DNA from: Chara braunii
Lineage: Eukaryota; Plantae; Charophyceae
Direction: 5' to 3'
Assembly (NCBI GenBank): GCA_003427395.1
Contig: BFEA01000007.1
Location: forward strand, 2,140,641 to 2,204,640
Length of the DNA stretch: 64,000 bases
This document shows, piece by piece, positions 26,371-38,100 of the stretch. Each line of letters opens with the position of its first letter. Position 1 is the first letter of the stretch. The position numbers and the translations under genes are program-made. The notes under the pieces are model-generated. The model was not told the origin of the DNA and did not search any database. It saw only the letters and a list, made by a program, of their open reading frames with translations.

Positions 26371-26587
26371 CTGAGCGAACGAGTCACTTAAGGAGTGTGT
26401 GCGGGATCCGTTGATACAACCAGTGTAGGATGGCCGCTGTTGGCGAATTTCACCGCCAGAGAGGCAGCGAGGCTCGTCTTCCCAACACCACCTTTCCCGC
26501 CGATCATATAATACTTCCGCTTTGTGGACGCTGCCATTTCTTCAAACCCTTCAACCTGCTCCTGGACAGCATTGGCCACCGCCTTCA
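26371..26587 (-). pseudogene. GET3: Isolated exon of an ArsA/GET3-family ATPase (organellar GET3b/c-like) with a 2-nt frameshift
   Basis: [41 protein letters not shown] (deviant Walker A and switch I). Removing one AC from GCACACAC restores SLSDSFAQ ending at a CAG|GTAAAG donor (26371/26370). Acceptor TGTGCAG| at 26588. No other GET3 exon was recognised. Confidence 0.85.
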
Positions 26588-27133
26588 CTGCACATCAAAC
26601 TCCACCCACCCCACCCCGCCATGGAAACAGAGCAAATCATGCATACAGGACAATTAGATTATATGTTCGTTTCATTTGCTGATAGAACGAACAGGCTTAG
26701 ACGGAAGCGAACTGGTTTGTGGAACATATCAGTCGACTATAAACGTGCGTGTGTTCGGGTTATGGGAGCGTTCCTTCAGAAAAGAGATTTTTCTCTTTTC
26801 GTGGGATCTGGAAAGGATGGAACTGCGCGACGGTGGTCGGATATGACAACAGGGATATCTGATCAAGAGGATTCGAAACCCTTTAAAACTGGAACGACAC
26901 CTAGGCTACCAGCGTGGCCCGGGACCACTTGCCCGGCCGGGCCAAAGAAAAATAACAAATGAAAATAAATTAATTAATTTTTAATTTTTGTTTCCAATTT
27001 GGTAAAGAATTTCGAAGTGACCACAGTTTTTCCGGATTTTTTTTTTTTCTTTTTGCTGCGACCTTCCCTGGTCCTTGCACGGCCGGGCTGTGCGGGAAAA
27101 CAAGGTGACCGGGCGGCCCGGCTGGTAGCCTTA

Positions 27134-27657
27134 GGCTTGGACCCCACTGGCGGCGGCGTGGAAAAGTTTTGGCGAGGAAGTGTTTTTCAGAACCCACAGG
27201 TGTTGGAAACCGTCGTGGAAAGTCGGCCCGGAAAGGAATTTCAGACCCCACTGCGGTTGGAAAGAGGTCGTGGAAAAGCTGACGGGGCGTTTCTAATCGG
27301 CTCGCGGTCTGGAAATTTTTGGCAACGAGTTTCCAAACAGTTTCCAAGGACGGCTCCAGACGAGTAGAGGGGGGGACATGGAAAACAGTTTCCAGGATCG
27401 GGCTGGACGTTGTGGCATTTTGTAGACACTTCATTGGCTGCACAAGCAGACCATGGACCACAGCCCCCGCCGGGCTTGCCTTTTTGGGAAACACCACGGT
27501 GCGATTTCCTATTCGGGTATGCCCAAACTTCTCCAATGCCGAAACTATCGGCCTGCGGTGGGGTCCCAATGAAACGAGGAAGAATGTTTCCAACCACGGT
27601 CGGCCATTTTTTATGGCCAACACCAATTTCCAGCCGCCGGCCAGTGGGGTCCAAGCC
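27134..27657. mobile_element. PIF/Harbinger (Tourist-like) MITE, 524 bp, TTA TSD
   Basis: TTA|GGCTTGGACCCCACTGGCGGCGGCGTGGAAA ... TTTCCAGCCGCCGGCCAGTGGGGTCCAAGCC|TTA, with many internal GGAAA/TTTCC repeats. Confidence 0.9.
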
Positions 27658-28186
27658 TTAGAACGACACAGATTTTTTTTTTTCTGAAAACACACATGCA
27701 ATCATATATTCCAAATATCAGTTCGAGGAAGGGGACCTCACAATTCATCCTCCGGAAGAAGAACGCGAATTCCAACGCAAAGTTGAAAAAGCGAAATTTG
27801 CTGAACGTCTCTTGCGACGTTGGGACCTTTGCAGATGCACTGGGGTCCATTCAAAAAAAAAAAAAAGAAAAAAAAAAGAAAAAAAAGAAAAAGCCGAAGA
27901 GAGGATTGCCACTCACCCCATCTCGGAGCTAGCATGGGCAGAAGAAAGGGAATCAAGTCCAAGACAATAGGAAGAGATGCAGATGAAGAAAGAGGGACGG
28001 AGAAAACAGATCCTGTTAAAGAAGGGTATTATGCCCTCCGACAGACATGTCTAAGGAGGCCTTCGAGCGCCTGCTTCCACTCCGCACACAAGTACCTATG
28101 GTGGAGTTAGAGCACCCCCATCTCCTCAATCAACCGGTCACCAACACACTACACGGCATATGCTCGTACGCAAACGATTACTTCCA

Positions 28187-28226
28187 AGAAGATTAGCATG
28201 GCCCCTGCGCAAGGATGGCACGCATA
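28187..28226 (+). pseudogene. U6: U6 snRNA fragment (AGC triad and internal stem-loop)
   Basis: AGAAGATTAGCATGGCCCCTGCGCAAGGATGGCACGCATA has one mismatch to the plant U6 core as I recall it. ACAGAGA box, 3' end and U-tract are absent. Confidence 0.85.
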
Positions 28227-29188
28227 TTTAAAACCAAAAAAGAAAAATCCTGAAGCCGAGGAAAATAACACCGTGGAAATCGGCAGATAGCACTTTTTGA
28301 GTCCAAGTACCCAGAAAAAGCGGGAACTGCTCATGAATGACGTCAGCCGATGAAATCTCGAACCCGAACAACGTTTCTGAGCGTCCAGGTGGTGCGCGTC
28401 TCCGCCGAGCTCCGCTGCGAATAGAAACGTGTGTGAATTATGGTACTCGATGGAGACTTGAGGTAGAGAGAAACGTATCTCGTAGTACAGTTTCGGTAAA
28501 GCATCCTCGAAGGAACTTCCCCTGATGAGGCTAGGATTTGGCACTGGCCGAAATCGGTTGGGGATCGCCTGCGCCATCTTGTGAGCAGGAAGGCGACGCC
28601 ATAGCTCGGCTATGACGTTATGACCCTTGATGTGGAATGAAGGATGCTATTCTACTCCTTTATGCGAGTTGTCACACTGTGAAGTTGGCTTGCTCGAGTT
28701 TTCCTCCCTGCTGACTTCCATGTGACTGCGAAGACGAGCTGTGGCTTGCCGGCCGCGGATCCTCGCCTTCTTTGCGCGTTTGCTGATGAACAAATGACAT
28801 GAATCCCCCCACTGGGTGTCCGATACATTGGTGCAAAGAGAGCTTGAACCAGGGATATATAGCACAACATCAAATCCTAGACCTGGATAGGTTGAAGCTG
28901 TCCACCCACGCACACAAGACTACCGTCTTCCCCCGAGCACAATGCACCCTCAACATGAATGTATACAAGCCAGCTCGATGTATTGACATCATCAATTCCC
29001 TCCAGCATAGAAGCCACCGTGGAAACGTAATAGCAATTGTTCTCAGTTTAGAAATCGAAAAAGAGCATGCAAAAGAAATCGAGGCCAGCAAGGCTGAGAA
29101 ATGGAAAACGACTAAGCAATAGAAATGGCCAGCGATCGTACAAAGAGAGAAGGATCCTCTCTCTCCTCCCATTAGCACTTCTCCATGG

Positions 29189-29190
<2 letters not shown>

Positions 29191-29274
<84 letters not shown>

Positions 29275-29275
29275 N

Positions 29276-29358
<83 letters not shown>

Positions 29359-29365
29359 TGTGTGT
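29191..29365. repeat. (CT)n-(GT)n microsatellite
   Basis: Seen directly. Confidence 0.95.
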
Positions 29366-30049
29366 GCTTCAAGTGCATGCGTCTTCGCAGCGCACGTGTC
29401 TACTTCACGTACAGTACGTGCTTCACGTGCATGAGTGTGTTTCGAGTGCATGGTCTCGCTCACAAACCATCATTACAGACCATGGTCAACTAGAGAACAT
29501 GGTTACATACACAGCATGATTAGAGAGCATGGTTACATACAGAGCATCGTTACACAACATGGTTACATACAAAGATTGGTCACAGACCTTGGCTACAGAG
29601 TATGCATGGTACAGATTGCATGCTCTGACAAAGATAATTGACGTGATCCCACTGGCAAAGGCAACCATGCCATACATGCCAGCAGAGCCGTGTGGACCTT
29701 CATTGTCAGGAATCAACTGCTCGCCTCCATATCAGGACATCAGCAGGACAGCTCGCGTATTCACCCCCATATAGAACGCGCAGTCAATATCGGTAAATCG
29801 AGACAGAAAAGCTTCACCAAATATACAGCCAATGTCAGCCATAATGATCGCAAATTCGGTTCCCGGGAAGCCGATGGCAGCAAAGCAGCCGGAGTGTGAA
29901 ACATAAAGCGCAACAAGTGGACCCGCCGCGGCTGCAAGAGCGGGAGGCATGAAGGAGGTTGGAGGAACGGGAGAAGAGTCGAAATCGTTCGTGAATTTCG
30001 AAAGCGCCAAAAAGCAGAAAAACAATTTCGTGTTTGCATTTCTGGCAAT

Positions 30050-30123
30050 TTATTTCGATAGGATGAGCAAAATAGCACATGGACATATATACTTGTTTTT
30101 GTTTATTTGTTTGTTTGTGTGTT

Positions 30124-30158
<35 letters not shown>

Positions 30159-30476
30159 ACGGGTAAGTCTCCAACCTCGCGGCTGGCCTCGGCTGGCCTC
30201 ATGGTACTTCCATCGATAGGATGAGCAAAATCGAATGCATCTACCGCTAGAACATGGAAATATACGTTTTGTTTGTGTGTGTGTGTGTGAGATAGAGAGA
30301 GAACGGGTAAGTCTCCAACCTCGCGGCTGGTCTCATGGTACTTCCATCGATAGGATGAACAAAATCGACAGAATCCACCGCAACAACATGGAAATATATA
30401 CTTTCTTTGTTTGTTAGTTTTGTTTTTGTTTGTTTGTTTTGTTTCTGTTCGTTAGTTTTAGTTTGTTTTTGTGTGC

Positions 30477-30508
<32 letters not shown>

Positions 30509-30710
30509 AAGTGAGACTTCCATCGACAGGATGAGCAACACACCCCGGCCAACAGGTAAGTCTCCAACCCCGCGGCTGAGAGAGAGAGAGATTTCCATCG
30601 ACAGGATGAGCAACAGACCGGCCAACAGGTAAGTCTCCAACCCCGCGGCTGGCCCCACGCAACTTCCATCGATAGGACGAGCAAAATCGAATGAATCTTC
30701 CGCTAGAACA
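30050..30710. repeat. Complex local repeat (cttccatcgataggatgagcaa and ggtaagtctccaacc(t/c)cgcggctg modules mixed with microsatellites)
   Basis: About 6 copies of the first module and 4 of the second. Confidence 0.8.
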
Positions 30711-31754
30711 TGGAGAGCTCACGACGCAGCAGGAAGCGGGCGCGCAACATCGAATGAAACAGCAGCGCGAGGCGAAGCAGCACGACAACAGAATAGTAGC
30801 AAGCCGGCGGGCGAGTGGGAGCAGAAGTCGAAGCATCACGGGGCGAAGCGGCGGCATTTTCATATATGTTTTGTCTTCTTGGGCCACGGAAACGAACCGC
30901 CGAGCCGTTCAGGATTTTACCAGCAGAGTCCCGTTGACCTTCCGGTTGACCTCGATCGTCAGTCTGCCAATGCCTCCCGTCTTCCCCCGAACATAACACA
31001 CCCTGCAAATGAACGTATACAAGGTATGTTTCCGGCCCGATACAGGCAAAATGGGAGGTTCTGGCTTTCAGTACAAAAAAATAGTTTTGCCATTTTCAAA
31101 CCAGCTACGCCCCTCAAAGACTGATTTTTCTTCACTTCTAAAAGTATGTTTGACATTCTCAAAAATCACGTTTAAAAAATTCCCTACGGGCCCCCAAACA
31201 AACAGAAGTTGAGAGAAGAATATAGACAGTTGTGATCACCCCAATATATATATAATAAAAAATAAAAAAAAAAAAAAGACTGGCATGCGCCTATCGAAAT
31301 CGTTATAAAGCGCAAGAGACAGCCAGCACAGAAGTTCTTGGTCAGTCACACGACGCCCAGGTCGCACTTGCCTGTCTGTGGAAGCCTCTACCTTGCACCT
31401 CTGCCGAGCACCTTACTAACAGTCGTACGTGAGAGATGGATCTTGCCCCCTACGATTCAAAGGAACTGCTGCGTTGCCCGTGAAAGCCTCCGCCGAGCAC
31501 ATCACTTGAAGTCGGTAACTAAGGACCGCCTCCATGAGAAATGGTTCTTGCCGCCTACGATGCGAAGGAACTGCTGCGATATATAACACCTCGCGCTCGG
31601 GTGAAGTAGAAGCCATACTGCTTTGACATTTTAAAACCAGCTACGCCCCTCAAAGACTGATTTTCTTCACTTCAAAAGAACCCTCGACGAGAGGGTGCAG
31701 GCGAATGAGCTGAGTGATGACCGAATAGAAAATCAAAATGAGACTAAAACAATG

Positions 31755-31990
31755 AAAAAACTACGCTGACTGATGAGCATGTGACGCGTCGACTGCACAC
31801 AGCGAGATTCTGTACCGCTGGTCGTGCGAAGTAGAAGCCATACTATGAACACGGCGTATCGACTCTTGGCGGAGAAGAAGTGAAGTGAAACTTACTCCAG
31901 ACAGCAATCTGTCCGTCCGCACCGATCCAAGGATCGAACACGTGACCTCCACGTTAAGAGGCAACCACTCAACCAAACGGCTAAGTGGAC
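31755..31990 (-). mobile_element. tRNA-derived (Lys-CTT-like) SINE or tRNA pseudogene
   Basis: Head 31990-31915 GTCCACTTAGCCGTTTGG (A box)...CTCTTAA loop...GTTCGATCC (B box)...GCGGAC with poorly paired stems; T6 run about 160 nt downstream at 31760-31755. Confidence 0.6.
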
Positions 31991-32219
31991 TGGGGTGAAA
32001 ATTAAGCCCCAAGATGAGTACTTAACCCCACCCCAGCACGGGTACTCGTTTTTCCCCGCGACCGGGTGTACCAGTCACACACGCGGAGAAGAAGCTGCAC
32101 GTCACAGAGCTACAGACTAAGAGCGCCTTTGGGAGAGAAGCACAACGCGAAAGGGAGAAGGCCGAAGAAGAGGAAAAGAAACAGCACCCTTGTTTTCTTC
32201 TATGCATAGAGAGACAGAC

Positions 32220-32281
<62 letters not shown>

Positions 32282-35062
32282 AAGAGAGAGGGATTGACGG
32301 CGCAGGTCCACTTGCGATTGCACTGGCCCACTGTTCCTGAAATAAGGGGGATGCCAAGTAAACATCGCATCAAATCAACAATCGACAGAAACGTAAGGCA
32401 ACCTGCCTGCCCATCAACCCAATCCATCAATCGACCAATCAATCGATCAATCACGAGGATCACAAATCTAACCCGCCATACATTCTGCGATCCGGCAAAC
32501 TACAGAGAAACCAGTCTAGTTCAAAGACTTCCGAGCATACTCACACTTGGACATCTTCCACTGATTGTTAGAGCTAATTGCAGGGAGAGGCATAACGTCC
32601 GGCCGTAATGGGGGTCACAAAGGCATCATTAAGGACCTTGTTGCAATTCTGACATTCTTAATACTTTCTCGCTCGCCGTGTCCTCGGCTTCTTTCCACTG
32701 TACGTCATACCCCCTACCTCCCCATTCTAGCCTGGCATCACGGAGGGCATACTCAAACTAAATAGAACTTTTTCAAGTGAATATGACTGCAACTTCGTCT
32801 CGACCCGAATGCAGCTGGCTGTAATCACGTCCAGCGCGCAGTTATAAAACTCCAGGTGTGAGTATGCCCTGAGCAGTACATACCTCGAAAGTGGATGCCC
32901 CGGTGCCAAGTGGCGCGTTTGTTCCACGAGCTCTCCATGCCCTCGCCCATGGACATGCCCGCGCCATACCAGCCGCTGCGCGCCAAGCTTTCCGACCGAT
33001 GCCGCCATGATGAGAAGACGATAAGCGCTGACGGACAACGATGGCGCGCTAATTCGTCACACGCGAATCGGCTTGAACACGTCAAAAGGGTTGCAGCAGG
33101 ACACGCGGTCGATGACGAAGCGTTGGCCTGCGCCGCCACTTGCTGGCCAACGGCGGTGCATCTACCAATTTTGCACGCGACGCCAAAACGTCATGCAAAA
33201 CGTCATGCAGCGGCAGCGACGTGTACGCCGCCGACATCGCAATGTAGAAGAAGACAAATCGAGAGAAGAAGAGAGCAGAGCAGCTAAATCACGAGTTGAT
33301 CAAATAACCACCCCCTAACCAGGGCACTCGGTTAGCTCAGGCCACAGTAGGCCACCAGCAGTGAAGCTGACGGGTGGAGGGAGGAGAGCGTAATGTCACG
33401 AGGGAGCCAGAATTTCTGGCTCCAGCCGGCCGCTGATTAGGCCGGTTCAGGCCGCTTATTGTTAGGCCTCGTTCCCAAGCCGCTCCCTTCATACTTCACA
33501 ACCCTTCTCCCTGTTTACCCTCTTCCCACTTCCAATGCCTTTGTCTTACTTCTCCCATCTCCCGCCCCCCTTCAGCCTACTGTTCTTCCCTCCTCCCTGT
33601 TTGGCCATACTCCTAGATTTATCTCCCTCTTCCCTGATTCCATCATTTAGCACCTAGTTAGCTAACTCTTTCCTCGTCTCCTCCAGCCCTCCCCTTCTGT
33701 ATCTCTTCTTCTTCCCTCCACACCATCTCTTTCACTCCTCTCCACACCACTTCCTTATCTCCTCTTTCCGTCCCTCACTCTCCCATCCCCCTCCCCCTCC
33801 CCCCTACCTATGCCCAGCCTAAACCCTAATTCTTCTTCTTGAGAATTCAGACTACAACCACATTGTGTTATTCCCTCCCCTCTCATGCTGGCGTAGACCA
33901 GCATAGCTTCAGGCATTCAATCTCTCAACAATTTGAAAACTCCCGGTTCCCATTGGTGCCGTAAAAAGCGAAACTCTTCCCAGAGGTTTCTACTCCGGGT
34001 TGAATTGTGGGGACCCCGGCCCCAACTATTCTTTTCCTTGAAATCAAACAATATTTGCCAAAAAAAAAAAAAAAAAAACACCCTGCCTACTCACCACCCA
34101 CCCTAGGCCGATCCGATGTGTCCGACCGGAGCCAAAAATTCCCGACGGGAAGGGAGGGTTGGGGGAGGGGAAGGGAAGGGAAAGAAGAGGGACGCGCTCG
34201 TAGGGAGAGGCAATTGGGCGGGGAACATTTGAAAACACACGAACTTGCCGACCGAACGAAATAGCCGCCGACAAGAAGAAACCGCGAGAAGGCGACCGAT
34301 CCGGATCCAGGGTCGGGGGCCTCGCCCCACATGCCATCGAATAGTATATCGAATAGTATTGGCAGCCCTAAGGCTGCGGTATAGTGGGCTTCAGCGTCTG
34401 CGTCAAGGTGTCGCATTTTCGGCGGCGGGCGACCAGGACACAAAGTGGGTTTCTAGGGGGCAAAAGTTTGGGGGGGATCGGTCCTTGGCAAAATTGGGGA
34501 CTACCTACAGGCAGCTTTGGAATGACCGGGACTTTTGGAAAAAGCAAGGACCGGTCCTCGGGTGGAAGTGGACCCCAAAAAGAAGTGGGGGTGGGGTAAG
34601 GGCCCTTAGGCCCAGGCGTTGAGACCCGTCTTCTCAAAACAAGGAGGTCAGGCGCAACGAAATAGACGTTTTGCAAAAGGCACCTTTGGCGATTTTCTGT
34701 GCTCAGAGGAACCCGCAGAAAAATCTGAAATTTTGAGAATCCATATACGAGGTCGTGTTCTTTCTAGGAAAAATATTAGAATATTTTTTTTAACTAATTT
34801 AGACCGATAAATAGTCGTCGCGCCGATTGGGCACATTTTCCATTTTTGCCACTCAGCCATGTGTGGGCCAACTTAAAAAGTACTCCAAATTCAGTGAGTT
34901 TTCACTCTCAAAAGAATGCGTGAAAAAACCTGAAAATTGGAGTACTCATAGATTTTGTTGTGATCTTTCCAGGAAAAACGCTAAGCAAATTTTAAAAAAT
35001 CATTCCAACTACGAAATAGATCGCGGCTGCAATTTGACCCATATTTCAATTTTGCCATTCAG

Positions 35063-35107
<45 letters not shown>

Positions 35108-38100
35108 NNNNNNNNNNNNNNNNNNNNNNNNNNNNNNNNNNNNNNNNNNNNNNNNNNNNNNNNNNNNNNNNNNNNNNNNNNNNNNNNNNNNNNNNNNNNN
35201 NNNNNNNNNNNNNNNNNNNNNNNNNNNNNNNNNNNNNNNNNNNNNNNNNNNNNNNNNNNNNNNNNNNNNNNNNNNNNNNNNNNNNNNNNNNNNNNNNNNN
35301 NNNNNNNNNNNNNNNNNNNNNNNNNNNNNNNNNNNNNNNNNNNNNNNNNNNNNNNNNNNNNNNNNNNNNNNNNNNNNNNNNNNNNNNNNNNNNNNNNNNN
35401 NNNNNNNNNNNNNNNNNNNNNNNNNNNNNNNNNNNNNNNNNNNNNNNNNNNNNNNNNNNNNNNNNNNNNNNNNNNNNNNNNNNNNNNNNNNNNNNNNNNN
35501 NNNNNNNNNNNNNNNNNNNNNNNNNNNAGACAATAGTTTACTAGTCTGTGTGACAGTGGAAGGCGGGAAAGTGCATTTATTGGGTCTCCCTCCACTACTC
35601 TCGAAATGTGCAAAACTATAGTGAATCTAATATGTGAATCTGTTGCCAGACCACTGCAAAACGATAGTGAATCTGTTGCTAGACCATGGAAAGATACACT
35701 GCCATGATTATGCACCTTTCCATGAACAAGTCCAGATGCAGGCTTTCAAAATAATACTCCTTTTTTAAAATCTTGAAATCGCACTTTGCATTGGCTGCTA
35801 TGCAGCGACAATATTGGTCATTAAACACCGCCATGTGGGGTTTGGGGGGGGGTAGGGGGAGGTGCAGTGACTGGTCATTGCTCGGCGCTAGCACCGCCAA
35901 TTTCCCCCATCGGCAATGCCTGCCCACCCCTCGTCACCGTAATGAGAGACTGGTACAGCCTTGCTCTCGCACCACAGTTGTAGTGTAAACCTACCCCGTG
36001 GGCTGGGGAGAGATCCGGGTTGGTTGGTGTTCCCCCATACTAAAAATAGACTATTAAGAGGATGAGATAGATGTGTACTACCAAAAAAGATGAAATAGAT
36101 TGAAAGAAGAGTATAGATTACCTATAAAAAATAAATAAAAAAAATGCACTTTGCATCGAGCCTCACTGCTCGTCACCTTGAGCACTAAGTCCGCACTGAA
36201 GACTAGGGGCCGTGACCCACGAGCGGGGGTTTAGTTTATGTTTCCTGTATTTCCAGCGTGCTCACACTAGGGTCGTGAGATTTGCAGATCGAATGGCAAG
36301 GAGTGGTTCAGCGTCCCAACCTTAAAACGTTTTCCAAAAGTAAACTTTGAAGCTCAGAGTAAAAGTTGAGCTATCTGAAACGACTAGGCTAAGCTCCTAG
36401 TCTCTCAAAGTGTCTACTATTATATAATTGGCCTAAATCAGTCACAGAACCAGCTAAACTCCTACCAGTCATCCAATTGGACCAAATGACTCATAAACAA
36501 AATCCAGATTCAAACAACAAAAAAACTGAGTAAAAACATGCATTTGCTCAATCCATTTAGCCTAAATCGGCTTGTGGATTAACCAAGAGGAAAGGACCAG
36601 GCCGCCTTTACGACCTGGCTTGACCAGTCAGTGATTATTTCCCTAAGTTTTCCAGAACCAGGCAGTCCCTTTCTTGGCAGAGCCGCCCTTGGCCTTCCGA
36701 TACCAATCCGATTAAATGCATTGTCGACATAGTGTCCTCATGTTTAGTTTGAGTTGGACATCTTCGCATCGTTCTTGTCAAAAAGTGTGCGAATTCCTCT
36801 CATGCCAAATAGTCGTCATGATAATGACTCTGAAGGTTTGGGCCACATAACAGGTTGCACTGTCATTTATGTTCTGCACCGCCGGAATACCAGATAAAGT
36901 GAACTTCTTTGTCCGGTTAAAGGAAGACCAAGGTAAGTTCGCTCAGTATTTGCTCCACCATGACCAAATCCGTTTAGAGTATGGGCATTCCAGCGACAAT
37001 TGCCGATTAGTTTCTCATGCCCACTGGCATCGGGGGCATGTTGTTGAGACCTCCATTCCTCTGCTTGTCAGAAAAGTTGGAATCGGGATGACTAGCATAG
37101 ACTGTTGCCACAGGAGACTCCCTAGTCTTTCAAAGGGGAGTTTCTTTAGAAGTTCTTAATGCTTCTCTTGTGTATCCTTATCGTAGTTTACGAGGGTCAC
37201 ACATAGGGGGAAGTGGGTGCCCTTTCCCTTAGCAACCCAGTGCCAATCTTAGAAGAGTAGCAGTGCATGAGAATAACAGATTTCCAGTGCTAAACCTCCG
37301 TGTTCCATGACCATCGGGTGGAGTCCACCTTAAGTGTTGAAAGCGGAGAACCTCTAAATCTTGCCCGGGGGTGAGCTATCTTATATCTATCTATGTTCAG
37401 CTCTGCTCTGCACTCCTCTATGTCAAGTGGTTCCGTACATTGAGTTTCTGAGTCGAACCTAAAGGGTAGCTCTTCCATCCAGTTGGACTCTACTATCCAA
37501 GTCTGTAACAGTGGGGGGCTCCGACTACCACTCTCGATCAGTCTGAGGAAAGTGCAGTCAGAAATACCTTATACAGGCCGGTACCATTTATCTTCAGTCG
37601 TTTCTTCAAGTTGTTCTTCCTCCAGCATTAGGATCCAACGAGGTGGAATTGTTGCATGTAAGCTTTGCAGTCTCGAGTCGGCGTCTCTTAAGTACGGATA
37701 ACAGTCTCTCAACTCCCTTTCTGTAAGCCAACCTGAGTTGTCTTTCCTTCTGATGCCTTTGACCCGAAAGATTCCTCTTTCGATCCAACGCTGACCAAAG
37801 CTCGTACGCTCGTTTGCTGCAGAGAAGGGTTCACTCCGTAGGTCCAATAAAAAATGATTTCGAATAACAATTCTTCCAAAACTTCAGCCTTGGATGTGGG
37901 TTATTGATGTATCATCGGTTTTAGTTTTTTCCATGCCGCCAGTATAGTTTCCATCATAGCGAAGATTGACCATCTGGCCAGCAAGGCTAAATTTTGCCTT
38001 TTCGGATCCAGTATGCCCAACCCCCCTCGCTCCTGGAAAAAATCACCATGTCCCAGGCTACTTTTGAAAGATAGCCCTGGTTCTCCAGCGCAGTCGGTTT

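Noticed and set aside
28149-28602. Possible first (transit-peptide) exon of the GET3 gene
   Set aside because: No recognisable homology, a stop follows the upstream ATG, and no clear donor links it to the 26587 acceptor.
29486-30025. Minus-strand frame with ADIGC resembling the KDZ YDIGC motif
   Set aside because: Single short match, internal stop, and no other conserved motifs at the right spacing.
33940-33990. GCCGTAAAAAGCGAAAC as a hammerhead ribozyme core
   Set aside because: The CTGANGA box and supporting stems are missing.
35108-35527. ORFs spanning N runs (also 13239-13433, 48807-48925 and 52750-52804)
   Set aside because: They are artefacts of assembly gaps; the short duplications flanking the gaps may also be assembly overlaps.
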